From Thermodesulfobacteriota bacterium (GTDB lineage Bacteria; Desulfobacterota_D; UBA1144; Nemesobacterales; UBA2774), in NCBI GenBank assembly GCA_965216785.1, contig OZ244197.1:768001-832000 (forward strand): a stretch of 64,000 nt of DNA. Direction: 5' to 3'. The stretch's first letter is position 1; every line of letters begins with the position of its first letter. Shown here one piece after another: positions 40,425-50,692 of this stretch. Under the pieces are notes generated by a model. The model saw only the letters and a list, made by a program, of their open reading frames with translations. It was not told the origin of the DNA and ran no database searches. The position numbers were made by a program, and so were the translations under genes.

Positions 40425-42311
40425 ATGGATAAGCAATCGGAATCCCCGTCACAAAAAAATACATCGGCCCAAAAGGTTGTAATCATCGGAGCGGGTCCCG
40501 CCGGGCTTACAGCGGCCTACGAGCTATCGAAAGAAGGACTTAATTCAGTAGTGCTCGAAAAAGACAACGTAGTTGGCGGTATTTCAAGAACTGTAAATTA
40601 CAAAGGCTACCGCTTCGACATAGGCGGCCATCGATTTTTCACAAAAGTGCGGGTCGTAGAGGATATGTGGGAAGAGATAATGGGGAATGACTTTTTAGAG
40701 CGGAAACGCTTATCCAGAATATTTTATAAAAACACCTTTTTTTTCTACCCATTCCGTCTGTCAAACGCCCTATGGGGCTTAGGGCTTGGAAACAGCATTA
40801 TGATTTTACTGAGCTATGTAAAATCACAGCTGTTTCCGGTTAAACCCGAGGACACTTTTGATAAATGGGTTTCCAACCGTTTCGGTAAACGGCTCTATCA
40901 GCTTTTCTTCAAAACATACACAGAGAAAGTCTGGGGCATACCGTGCAGCGAAATCAGCGCTGAGTGGGCAGCACAGAGGATAAAGGGATTATCTCTTCTT
41001 GAGGCGCTTAAAAACGCCCTTTTACAAGATAGCTCTTCAAATAAGGATAGAGTAATAAAAACACTGATCGACAGCTTTCACTATCCAAAATTGGGCCCGG
41101 GCATGATGTGGGAAAAGGTATCAGACACGGTTAGTGATGAAAACAGCGAAGTCATACTGAACGCAGATGTTGAGATTATACACACGGGCTCGGGTAAAGT
41201 GGATAAAGTCGGCGTTAATGTAGAAGGGACTTTACGGGAAATAGAGGGAAGCGAATTTATCAGCAGTATGCCTATAAGAGAGCTTATCCATAAATTTCAG
41301 CCAAAACCGCCCGCTCAAGTCTATCATGCCGCGGATATGCTCAAATACAGAGATTTCCTTACAGTCTCGCTTATCATAAACAAAAAGAATGTATTCCCGG
41401 ATAATTGGATATATATTCACGATCCCCGCGTTAAGATGGGAAGGATACAGAATTTTAAAAACTGGAGCCCGGACATGGTTCCAGACCAGGAAAAGACTTG
41501 TCTTGGGCTTGAGTATTTCTGTTTCGAAGGTGACGGTCTCTGGACTATGAGCGACCGGGATTTGATTGAGCTTGCGAAAAAAGAGCTTGAGATCACGGGT
41601 TTAGCTAAAAAAGATGAAATAGATGACGGCTCGGTAGTCAGAATGCCCAAGGCCTATCCCGTATATGATTCAACATACCTTGAGTCCATAAGAATTATTA
41701 GAGAATATCTCGCGCAATTTCCAAATTTACAGCTTGTAGGACGAAACGGTATGCACAAGTATAACAATCAGGATCACTCGATGCTCACGGCTATGCTTGC
41801 CGTGAAAAATATTCTTGGCGGAGATTACGACTTATGGAAGGTAAATGCGGATCAGGAATATCACGAGGAGCTTAGAGAAGATGCATTCCCAGATTCAAAA
41901 GAGCTCAAAGAGCTTGCCGCGACTCAGCCCCGGGTTCCCGAAGCTCTACCCCAAAGCGGAAACGGGGTCGAGCAGACAATCATAAGCGTATTCGCAAGTA
42001 TCGATAAACTGGCTCTAGCATTATCTGTCGGAGCTGTATCGGGAGCAGCTATATTTATTGCAACAATAGTTCTAATATTAAAAGGCGGCTCAGTCGTAGG
42101 TCCCAACCTAAGCTTGCTCAATCAATATTTCATTGGTTATAGTGTGAGCGTAGAAGGAGCGTTCATAGGTTTAGGATACTCATTTTTATGGGGGTTTATA
42201 TTCGGGTGGCTGTTCGCGTATCTCAAAAATCTCTTAACTGGATTCTATGTATACAGAGTAAAAAAGAGTGCAGAGCTCTCGTCTTTCAGGGATTTTATCG
42301 ATTATATATAA
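40425..42311 (+). CDS. FAD-dependent oxidoreductase (PPO/UDP-Gal mutase-like) with C-terminal membrane domain
   Basis: [35 protein letters not shown] and [14 protein letters not shown] motifs. Confidence 0.85.
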   Translation: MDKQSESPSQKNTSAQKVVIIGAGPAGLTAAYELSKEGLNSVVLEKDNVVGGISRTVNYKGYRFDIGGHRFFTKVRVVEDMWEEIMGNDFLERKRLSRIFYKNTFFFYPFRLSNALWGLGLGNSIMILLSYVKSQLFPVKPEDTFDKWVSNRFGKRLYQLFFKTYTEKVWGIPCSEISAEWAAQRIKGLSLLEALKNALLQDSSSNKDRVIKTLIDSFHYPKLGPGMMWEKVSDTVSDENSEVILNADVEIIHTGSGKVDKVGVNVEGTLREIEGSEFISSMPIRELIHKFQPKPPAQVYHAADMLKYRDFLTVSLIINKKNVFPDNWIYIHDPRVKMGRIQNFKNWSPDMVPDQEKTCLGLEYFCFEGDGLWTMSDRDLIELAKKELEITGLAKKDEIDDGSVVRMPKAYPVYDSTYLESIRIIREYLAQFPNLQLVGRNGMHKYNNQDHSMLTAMLAVKNILGGDYDLWKVNADQEYHEELREDAFPDSKELKELAATQPRVPEALPQSGNGVEQTIISVFASIDKLALALSVGAVSGAAIFIATIVLILKGGSVVGPNLSLLNQYFIGYSVSVEGAFIGLGYSFLWGFIFGWLFAYLKNLLTGFYVYRVKKSAELSSFRDFIDYI

Positions 42312-42333
42312 TAAGTATGCAAGTATGTGACAA

Positions 42334-42666
42334 ATGACAAAAATTAGAACAGATGAAGAAAAGTTACAGCAGGCGGTCGCTTTTTTAAATGCCAAGGTAC
42401 TGGGATTGATACTGGGCATCCTGTTGGGTCTTGCAATTTTTATAGCTACCAACTGGCTTCTTATTAAAGGGCCTCACGTAACTGTAACTGGTCGTGAGAT
42501 CATAGGTCCTCACATGCAGCTGCTCAGTCAGTTTTTCATCGGCTATAAGGTCTCATTCGTAGGCAGTATCATTGGGTTTCTTTACGGATTCGCCATTGGT
42601 ACTATAAGCGGTTCCCTGATCGGCTGGTTATACAACCGGATAGTCAGTATAAGGCATAAGATGTAA
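42334..42666 (+). CDS. Small membrane protein paralogous to the C-terminal domain of the upstream oxidoreductase
   Basis: GPHMQLLSQFFIGYKVSFVGSIIG versus [24 protein letters not shown]. Confidence 0.8.
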   Translation: MTKIRTDEEKLQQAVAFLNAKVLGLILGILLGLAIFIATNWLLIKGPHVTVTGREIIGPHMQLLSQFFIGYKVSFVGSIIGFLYGFAIGTISGSLIGWLYNRIVSIRHKM

Positions 42667-42754
42667 GCCCGGTGCTTTATTCCAGACAATCAAATTTTTA
42701 GTTAAACTCTTCCTCAAAAGGTCACAATACTAATATCTATTAACCAATGCCCAA

Positions 42755-43651
42755 ATGAATGACAAAAATACATACATGTCACTTATAATACCCACTTATG
42801 AAAGACCTGAGCAGCTCTCAAAGTGTCTAAACGCGGTAGCCCGTATCGATTATGCGAAAGAAAAGTTTGAAGTAATAGTAGTTGACGACGGAAGCGCATC
42901 GCCGCCTGAGAAGCTAGTAAATTCTTTTTCGGACAGGCTCGATATAAAACTTATCACACAAGAAAACACAGGACCCGGAGGCGCGCGAAATACAGGGGCT
43001 AAAAACGCAAACGGCCAATTTCTGGTATTCACTGACGATGACTGCGAGCCCGACCCAACATGGCTGAAAGAGTATGAGGCTGCGTTCAGTATTTATCCTG
43101 ATAATTTTCTGGGTGGAAAAACCATCAATGCACTCGAGAATAATCCCTATTCTTCAGCAAGCGAGCTTCTTGTCGAATATCTTTACTCTTATCATAACTC
43201 CGAGCCTGAAAGCGCATCATTCTTTAATTCAAGCAATATAGCCATACCTAAAGAGGCTTTTTTTGAATCGGGTGGTTTTGATGTGGCAACAATAAAGAAT
43301 ACAGCGGAAGACAGAGAACTCTGCGACCGCTGGCTAGATCAGGGGCGAAAGCTAACATACGTAGATCAAGCGCGGGTATATCACTCACACAAGCTCTCAC
43401 TTCTATCCTTCTGGAGGCAGCATTTTAGCTACGGATGCGGAGCTTACTACTTCCGAAAGGCCAGAGCTCTGCGCGGTCAGGAAAAAGTAAAGCTCGAACC
43501 CGGGTCATTTTATAGGAACATGATCAGGTACCCTCATAAAAGAAAGGTCAAAAACCAACATTTCGTAATGTCCTTGATGATATTATCTCAGGTTGCGAAC
43601 GGCCTGGGATATTTTTGGGAAAGGGCGGTCCAATCCCTTAACTCTACATAA
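42755..43651 (+). CDS. Glycosyltransferase family 2
   Basis: IIPTY, VVDDGS, ARNTG, FTDDDC and AEDRE motifs. Confidence 0.92.
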   Translation: MNDKNTYMSLIIPTYERPEQLSKCLNAVARIDYAKEKFEVIVVDDGSASPPEKLVNSFSDRLDIKLITQENTGPGGARNTGAKNANGQFLVFTDDDCEPDPTWLKEYEAAFSIYPDNFLGGKTINALENNPYSSASELLVEYLYSYHNSEPESASFFNSSNIAIPKEAFFESGGFDVATIKNTAEDRELCDRWLDQGRKLTYVDQARVYHSHKLSLLSFWRQHFSYGCGAYYFRKARALRGQEKVKLEPGSFYRNMIRYPHKRKVKNQHFVMSLMILSQVANGLGYFWERAVQSLNST

Positions 43652-43699
43652 GTGCTTAAATAATATAAACTGTCATAATCTACTCATAGGTGCTCGTAA

Positions 43700-45493
43700 T
43701 TGAATAACGGCAAAACAGGAAATAAGTTTATATTAAGTCTGCTCAGACCCTACAGGGGCTTGATAGCGTTGCTCGTGCTGCTATTCCTAGTAGCCTCGGT
43801 CTTCGACGGAATCTCCATCGGTATGCTGGTCCCGCTTCTCGGAAGCATACAGCAGGTTCAGAACTACGGCGAGCTACCAAAGATTCTGCAGACTCTGATA
43901 GACATCTTCTCTAAATTCCCCATCGAAAAACAGATACTATATTCACTCCTGTTTGTAGTATTCGCTGTAATATTAAAAAACATCTTTTTGGCTATATCGC
44001 ATTATCTGTCCTATTGGCTAGCTGTACGAGTTACTTCAAACATTAGATCCCAAATAATCAATACTCTTATGACTGTTTCAATAGGCTACTACAGTCATGT
44101 AAAGACAGGCGATTTGGTCGAAAAGGTATCTTACAACACAATCCTTACCGAAGAATTAATTCAAAACGCAACCAAGCTCCTGGACTATTTTGCTTCTTTT
44201 CTAGTGCTCCTGATTCTGCTTGTAATTTTTTCGTTGAAATTAACTCTAGTTACTATAGTACTCGCGGCAATTATAGCTTTTGCTCTCTCTTTGCACATTA
44301 AGAAATTATCAAAGATAGGCCAGAGGCACGTTGAAAGCTCAAGGGAATTTACGAGCACCCTGCACGAGAGCATTAGCGGTATAGAGGTTATAAAGTCATT
44401 TACTAAAGAAAATGCCCAGTCTGAAAAACTCGAGGGAAAAATAGAGAAAACCGCTAAATACCGTCTTCAATATATGTTCTCTGAATATATGGTACACATA
44501 CTGACCGAGGCGCTCGGTGTAATAGCAATTGGGGTGCTGTTTTTAATAGCTATTACAAGCTCACAAATGGACTACAAGCTTATGCTCACCCAGCTTCTTC
44601 CGTTCATATATATACTCGCCCGCATGCTTCCGCTTATAAAGCTCATAAACCATGCAAGGGGTGCAATAGCGGTCAGATGGCCTGCGTTTAAATCTGTTCA
44701 TGATCTCATGAGCCTGGAAAACAAACCGCTTATTAAAAACGGCATTATCCCATATACCGGACTAAGAAACGGAATTGAGTTTACATCTGTGACATTTTCC
44801 TATAACTCAGGAGACAAAGCGGCTCTTACAAACGCAAGCTTTAGTATTCCGAAAGGAAAAACCACTGCGCTTGTCGGTAAATCAGGCGCCGGGAAATCTA
44901 CGGTAATCAATCTCCTCCTAAGATTCTACGACACACAGGACGGAAGCATACTTATAGACGGTAAGCCAATCAGCAGCTTCATTATTGAATCATACAGAAA
45001 AAATATAGGCATTGTAAGCCAGGATACTTTTATATTCAACGATACGGTAAAAAATAATATAGCATTCGGAGCGCTCAATACTCCGGACGACACCACTATT
45101 ATTGAGGCTGCCATGAGAGCAGGGGCAGACGAATTTATAAAGGAGCTTCCAAACGGATACAACAGCTTGTTGGGCGAAAGAGGCGTAAGGCTTTCAGGTG
45201 GTCAGAGGCAAAGGATATCAATTGCCAGGGCCATACTAAAGAATCCCGAAATACTTATACTTGATGAAGCAACAAGCTCTCTGGATACGGAAACCGAGCA
45301 GCTGATCCATAAAGCCATCACTGAGCTCAGCCTGAACAGGACTGTGGTTATTATCGCCCACAGACTCTCGACAATAAAAAACGCGGATCAAATTATAGTA
45401 TTAAAGGACGGAAGAGTGTCGGAGATTGGAACCGAGCCCGAGCTTATATCAAGGAAAGGCGAGTACTACAACCTATCGTCCATAATCAAATGA
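43700..45493 (+). CDS. ABC exporter, fused permease-ATPase (MsbA/PglK-like)
   Basis: N-terminal TM domain; GKSGAGKST, LSGGQRQR and DEATSSLD motifs. Confidence 0.92.
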   Translation: MNNGKTGNKFILSLLRPYRGLIALLVLLFLVASVFDGISIGMLVPLLGSIQQVQNYGELPKILQTLIDIFSKFPIEKQILYSLLFVVFAVILKNIFLAISHYLSYWLAVRVTSNIRSQIINTLMTVSIGYYSHVKTGDLVEKVSYNTILTEELIQNATKLLDYFASFLVLLILLVIFSLKLTLVTIVLAAIIAFALSLHIKKLSKIGQRHVESSREFTSTLHESISGIEVIKSFTKENAQSEKLEGKIEKTAKYRLQYMFSEYMVHILTEALGVIAIGVLFLIAITSSQMDYKLMLTQLLPFIYILARMLPLIKLINHARGAIAVRWPAFKSVHDLMSLENKPLIKNGIIPYTGLRNGIEFTSVTFSYNSGDKAALTNASFSIPKGKTTALVGKSGAGKSTVINLLLRFYDTQDGSILIDGKPISSFIIESYRKNIGIVSQDTFIFNDTVKNNIAFGALNTPDDTTIIEAAMRAGADEFIKELPNGYNSLLGERGVRLSGGQRQRISIARAILKNPEILILDEATSSLDTETEQLIHKAITELSLNRTVVIIAHRLSTIKNADQIIVLKDGRVSEIGTEPELISRKGEYYNLSSIIK

Positions 45494-45571
45494 ATCTTGT
45501 AGCAAATAGGGAAAACTTCATCCGGCAACTGCATAGTGGATAAAATCTGAGTAAGCTGACAAACTCCCGTT

Positions 45572-46591
45572 ATGAATAAAAATCCTTACATATCAGTTGT
45601 GGTCCCGGTTAGAAACGGTGGTCAAGATATTTATGACTGTCTTCAGGCTATTCAGGCATCACATTATGAGCCATTTGAAACCATAGTTGTAGACGACGCT
45701 TCTACGGACAATACAGTAGAGATCGCCCAAAAAACCGGTGTTAAAATTGTAACTTTGGACAAACAGTCCGGACCCGCTGCGGCGCGCAACAGAGGTGCTG
45801 AGTCAGCCCAAGGCGATATTGTGCTGTTTATTGACGCCGATGTTGTTATCAGAAGCGATACTGTCGAGCTTATAGCAAAAGCTTTTAGGAACAACCCGGA
45901 AATTGCCGCCGTCTTCGGGTCATACGACGATAAACCCCAAGCGCCTGATTTCATTTCACAGTACCGAAACCTCCTTCACCACTATGTGCATCAGATAGCT
46001 AAAAGAGACGCAAAGACGTTCTGGACAGGGTGCGGAGCTATACGAAAAGCGGTATTCGATGATTTAGGAGGTTTTGATGAAATACGCCACCCGATCCCGT
46101 CTATGGAGGACATTGAAATAGGACTCAGGATGTCCGAGCGGGGACATAATATAATTCTTGACAAAAATATACAGGTTAAGCACCTAAAGCACTGGGGGCT
46201 TTACTCGCTAATTCAAACAGATATTTTTCAGCGGGCGGTCCCCTGGTCCCGGCTCATATTGGAAAGAAAGTTGCTCCCCAGAGACCTGAACCTCAGGTTC
46301 AGAGATAGATTTTCCACCGCTCTTGTGGGGATAATAATAATCGCGGTCTTTATCTACTTAATGGGATTAGTTACTCAGACAGACATCATCGCGAACGGAT
46401 ATTTACTTTTAACGGTACTCATATCGCTTAGCGTGATATTAATTCTCAATAGAGGCCTTTATCTGTTCTTCTTAAGAAAAAGAGGCGCAGGATTCGCGCT
46501 CCTATCAATAGCTATGCACTTACTTTTTTACATTTACTCGGGGATTACTTTCGGGGTCTTATGGATCGGGAGTAAATTACAGCTTAAGTAA
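45572..46591 (+). CDS. Glycosyltransferase family 2 with C-terminal TM helices
   Basis: VVDDASTD, ARNRG, FIDAD and MEDIE motifs. Confidence 0.92.
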   Translation: MNKNPYISVVVPVRNGGQDIYDCLQAIQASHYEPFETIVVDDASTDNTVEIAQKTGVKIVTLDKQSGPAAARNRGAESAQGDIVLFIDADVVIRSDTVELIAKAFRNNPEIAAVFGSYDDKPQAPDFISQYRNLLHHYVHQIAKRDAKTFWTGCGAIRKAVFDDLGGFDEIRHPIPSMEDIEIGLRMSERGHNIILDKNIQVKHLKHWGLYSLIQTDIFQRAVPWSRLILERKLLPRDLNLRFRDRFSTALVGIIIIAVFIYLMGLVTQTDIIANGYLLLTVLISLSVILILNRGLYLFFLRKRGAGFALLSIAMHLLFYIYSGITFGVLWIGSKLQLK

Positions 46592-46630
46592 CCGGACTGC
46601 AGAGTAGAGTAGTAGAAGAAAACTCGAAAA

Positions 46631-47221
46631 CTAAGATGAAGTGTACTCGCCGCTAAGACTTTTAACTTTCTCGGCTACTTCAGGGCTATCCAGTATCTCT
46701 CCCTTACCCATTTCATAAAGATAGTTGGCATTATCCCTTGGCGCCTCGCTCTTTACGTTTTGGTCAAAGAAAACCTCTTTAGTATGAACAAGACCGGCTC
46801 TGTTGTAGGATGCAAGCTCGTACTTCATTCCCATCCTGAGCGCGTCGCATGGGCAAGCCTCGACGCAGAACCCACAAAAGACACACCTCATAAAATCGAT
46901 ATTATAGACTTTGGGTCTTCTCTCTATCCCGTAATCATCGGCAGCCTCGGCTACAATTGAAATTGCCTGTGTGGGGCATGCTACCTCGCAGAGCTTACAC
47001 GCGACACATCTTATCTCCCCGTCGTCGTCCCCCGGCATCACATGGAGGCCTCTATACCTAGGCGGAAGCTCTTTTACTTCCTCGGGGTACTGGACGGTTA
47101 CAGATCTGAACCTGAGAAGGTGTTTTATGGTTATAATAAGCCCCCCGAGAACCTGAGGCAGGTACGTTTTCTCATACCAAGTAAGCTTGGGAGGTCTCAT
47201 TAACTTTATTTTGATAGCCAT
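46631..47221 (-). CDS. nuoI: NADH-quinone oxidoreductase subunit I
   Basis: T.QYPEE, RYRG.H, CVACKLCEVACP and CVFCGFCVEACP motifs. Confidence 0.92.
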   Translation of the reverse strand: MAIKIKLMRPPKLTWYEKTYLPQVLGGLIITIKHLLRFRSVTVQYPEEVKELPPRYRGLHVMPGDDDGEIRCVACKLCEVACPTQAISIVAEAADDYGIERRPKVYNIDFMRCVFCGFCVEACPCDALRMGMKYELASYNRAGLVHTKEVFFDQNVKSEAPRDNANYLYEMGKGEILDSPEVAEKVKSLSGEYTSS

Positions 47222-47308
47222 ATTCTAATCCTTTGATTAACGGACATAAGTTATAACATAAACCGGGAAATTTGGAAGCACCGGGCGCTTTTGATTAAGC
47301 ATACCAGG

Positions 47309-49087
47309 TTATTGAGAAATAAGCTCACTCCTGAGCCTACGGTATACCAAGACACCTGAGATAACGGATACTGCCAGTAATAAGACACCCAATAGAACGG
47401 AGCCCAAGAGAAGCTTCCCTACTCCGATCATTCCGAACAAAATAAAGCACACCCCGAGGACCCAGTTAATCACCACAGGCGTAAATGAAGGAGTCTTTAT
47501 CTCAGGATACAGTTTAACTACAGGTCTCCAGAAACCCCAGGGTCTCACCCGTTTGTAGAAATTACTCAGAGTCTCCTCCGGCTCAGGCGCTGTTAAAAAC
47601 GTTACTACAACCCAGGTTACAATAGAAACAGGGATAACGATTATCTGGTGCTTAAGCTCAAGAGAAACGCCCTGTAATCTGGTATAGATAACTAATACCA
47701 ATATTGTTATTAATGATGCGGCAAGCGCGGATATTTCTGACCACGCGTTAATTCTCCACCAAAACCACCTTAATATGAGCACCAGGCCCACACCGGCGCT
47801 CATTGCCCAGAGAAATATCCAAGCCTTGCCGATATTGTTAATATAAAGCGCGAAATAACCGGCCAACACCGTCAAGAGCAGAGTAAAAAGCCTCGCCATA
47901 AGCACATAGTGCCTCTCTGCCGCGTCTTTTTTAATAAAACGTCTGTATATATCGTTCATAAGATACGAGGCGCCCCAATTGAGCTGTGTGGACAGAGTAG
48001 ACATAAACGCCGCGAGGAAACTAACGAACAAGAGCCCCAGCAGCCCCGGGCCAAGATATTCCTTTATCACTGCTACGTAGATTGCTTCCTGGTCTCCATC
48101 CGTTATCACTGCTCTGGGGTAGATAATCAAAGACGCAAGCGCAACCAGAACCCACGGCCAGAGACGTAGTATATAGTGGTTAATCGCAAACCACGCCGTG
48201 CCGAGCACTGCGTGACGCTCGTTCTTGGCAGAGCAGATCCTTTGAATGAAATAACCGCCCCCGTCAGCGTTATGGGACGACCACCAAATAATGCTCACAT
48301 ATACTAAAAACGCGAAGAAGCTAGAGGACCAAAATCCCTCTGATACGGGATCACCTCCTGAGGGCGACATAAAAAAGGAAATATGCTCTTGGTCAATAGT
48401 CCCGAGCTTTTCAATAAACCCGCTCATACCACCTATCTCTGGAGAGCCGATTACTATCCACGCAAGCGCCGCTGTGCCGAATAGCGCGATGAAGTATTGA
48501 AGGAAGTCTGTAAGCGCCACACCCCACATCCCAGACATCATCGTATAGAAAAACGCTATCGAAATACATATCACAACTGCAATCGTGGTATCCACGCCGA
48601 AAAACACCTTGAACACCTTGGCCATCGCGCTGATGACCCAGCCCATTACTATAAAGTTAAACAGGGTGGAAAAATAAAAAGCCTTAAACCCCCGCAGAAA
48701 TGCGGCGGGCTTGCCGCTGTAGCGTATCTCTATCAGCTCATTGTCCGTAATTACCTCAGCTCTTCTCCAGAGCCTTGCGAATACGAGCACTATGAATACA
48801 TGGCTGAACAGGTAGTTCCACCAGAACCAGTTCTTCCATATACCGTCCGCTCTAATCCAGCCCGTAACCGCAAGCGGTGTGTCTGCGGCAAATGTAGTCG
48901 CAACCATAGATGTGCCCAGAATCCACCACGGGAGGTTTCTGCCGGACACGAAATATGAGGACATGCTTCCGCTCGCCCGGCGTGTAAAATAGATACCGAT
49001 AGCAAGTGACACTAAGAGATACGAAGCTACTATTACCCAGTCAAGCGGACTGAGAACGGACAGCGAGGAATTAATGGAGGCCAGCAT
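47309..49087 (-). CDS. Sodium:solute symporter family protein
   Basis: YF..GRNLPWW, SMVATTFAADTP, QR and AAFMST motifs; about 14 TM helices. Confidence 0.92.
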   Translation of the reverse strand: MLASINSSLSVLSPLDWVIVASYLLVSLAIGIYFTRRASGSMSSYFVSGRNLPWWILGTSMVATTFAADTPLAVTGWIRADGIWKNWFWWNYLFSHVFIVLVFARLWRRAEVITDNELIEIRYSGKPAAFLRGFKAFYFSTLFNFIVMGWVISAMAKVFKVFFGVDTTIAVVICISIAFFYTMMSGMWGVALTDFLQYFIALFGTAALAWIVIGSPEIGGMSGFIEKLGTIDQEHISFFMSPSGGDPVSEGFWSSSFFAFLVYVSIIWWSSHNADGGGYFIQRICSAKNERHAVLGTAWFAINHYILRLWPWVLVALASLIIYPRAVITDGDQEAIYVAVIKEYLGPGLLGLLFVSFLAAFMSTLSTQLNWGASYLMNDIYRRFIKKDAAERHYVLMARLFTLLLTVLAGYFALYINNIGKAWIFLWAMSAGVGLVLILRWFWWRINAWSEISALAASLITILVLVIYTRLQGVSLELKHQIIVIPVSIVTWVVVTFLTAPEPEETLSNFYKRVRPWGFWRPVVKLYPEIKTPSFTPVVINWVLGVCFILFGMIGVGKLLLGSVLLGVLLLAVSVISGVLVYRRLRSELISQ

Positions 49088-49152
49088 TAAAGAGGTAATT
49101 TACCTGAGGGCACATTAAGAAAACAGTTTCACCATAAGTCATGGACAGAGGC

Positions 49153-50670
49153 TTAAATCTCTACAGGCAAATTACCTTCCGACTCTATTTTCCCCAAAAG
49201 CATGTCGGCAGCGGCAGACTGACAAACGCTTAATATGTCGAACACCGAGAGAACAGTGTCAAAGTTCATGAATTCCGATACAACATAGGGCGAGCCGAAT
49301 GAAATCAGCACTTTCTCTTTAGGTGTGTTCTCGAGCCCCTTCAGAATACTCCTGTAGCTCTCGGGAAGCTGCAGCTCCTTCTTCCACGCGCCGACAGTTG
49401 TATAGATTAAGCAAATCACGGCGCCGTAGCCTTCCGATAAACCGAGTAAAGACTTAGTATCCTCACTCGATACCTCGCGCTTCTCACAGTTTACTCCCGA
49501 TTCGTTCAGCCTATTCAGAAATACGGTCGATATATCCTGCCCCGAGTCCGTTACATCAAATACATATACAACAGCGTTATCGGATTTAAGCGTCCCGCCT
49601 TTAAGCTGGCACATTGAACGGTTTGCTATAGTTCTCACAAGACTTCCTGCATCCCGTTTAATATCCGTAGATTCAGATGGCCGGCCTGTAAGCCATTTGT
49701 CTTTCACTCCTAAAATCCTACTTACAGATTCGCTCAGCACATCACTACTCAGCTCCCCTGATTCCGCTATTTGAGTAAGTCTTTTAATCAGAGTCTTAGG
49801 GTCTTTCGGATCGAGAATAATGTCACAGCCCGACATAATGGCCAGCCTTGACATATCCGCCTCGTCCCCTGATTTCCCAATCCCGTCCATTCTGAATGAA
49901 TCGGACACTATGAGACCGTTGAAGCCCAGTTTATCCCTCAGAATTCCTTTTATCACTGCATCCGATATAGTGGCGGGAATATTGTCATTGCTGATATTTG
50001 GGTAGGCGATATGCGCCGGCATGATAAATGTAACTCCACAGTCAACGGCGTTTTGAAACGGAATCAGATCGCACTCGAATAAATCCTTTTCACTCTGCTC
50101 AGAGACGGGCATATCCACGTGCGAATCCACCCCACTACTCCCGTGCCCCGGGAAATGCTTGGCGCAGGCCATAATTCCATTTTCCTGCAGCCCATTTATA
50201 AAAGCTTCTGTAAGGCGAGAGACAAGTGCAGGACTGTCTCCGTATGAGCGGATATTTATAATAGGGTTTGCGGGATTCGTATTAACGTCCGCAACTGGCC
50301 CGAAAACAATGTTAAGCCCGCATTCTTTCATCTCTTTAGCAATAACTGACGCCTGCTCGTAGACAAGGCCTTCATCCCCAACAGCGCCCAAAGACATCGT
50401 GAAGGGAAAGAGCGTCATACCGCTTACAATCTGTCCCACGCCGCGCTCCGCGTCACACCCGAAAAAGAGCGGTATCTGAGAAGCCGCTTGCAGCTCCTCT
50501 GTCGCTCTTCTCACGACATCCACAACACCACCGAAAATTATAAAACCCCCTACATGAGCATCATCCACCAGCTTTTTTGCAAGTGAAATTGATCCGGGAT
50601 CGCTAAAATCGATCCTCGGCATTATCAGCTGTCCAATTTTTTTATCTATTCCGAGCTTATTTATGTCCAA
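49153..50670 (-). CDS. nagZ: GH3 beta-N-acetylglucosaminidase
   Basis: KIGQL, DAERG and KHFPGHGSSGVDSH (NagZ catalytic His motif). Confidence 0.88.
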   Translation of the reverse strand: MDINKLGIDKKIGQLIMPRIDFSDPGSISLAKKLVDDAHVGGFIIFGGVVDVVRRATEELQAASQIPLFFGCDAERGVGQIVSGMTLFPFTMSLGAVGDEGLVYEQASVIAKEMKECGLNIVFGPVADVNTNPANPIINIRSYGDSPALVSRLTEAFINGLQENGIMACAKHFPGHGSSGVDSHVDMPVSEQSEKDLFECDLIPFQNAVDCGVTFIMPAHIAYPNISNDNIPATISDAVIKGILRDKLGFNGLIVSDSFRMDGIGKSGDEADMSRLAIMSGCDIILDPKDPKTLIKRLTQIAESGELSSDVLSESVSRILGVKDKWLTGRPSESTDIKRDAGSLVRTIANRSMCQLKGGTLKSDNAVVYVFDVTDSGQDISTVFLNRLNESGVNCEKREVSSEDTKSLLGLSEGYGAVICLIYTTVGAWKKELQLPESYRSILKGLENTPKEKVLISFGSPYVVSEFMNFDTVLSVFDILSVCQSAAADMLLGKIESEGNLPVEI

Positions 50671-50692
50671 GAATTATAGTCCGAAAGAATAT

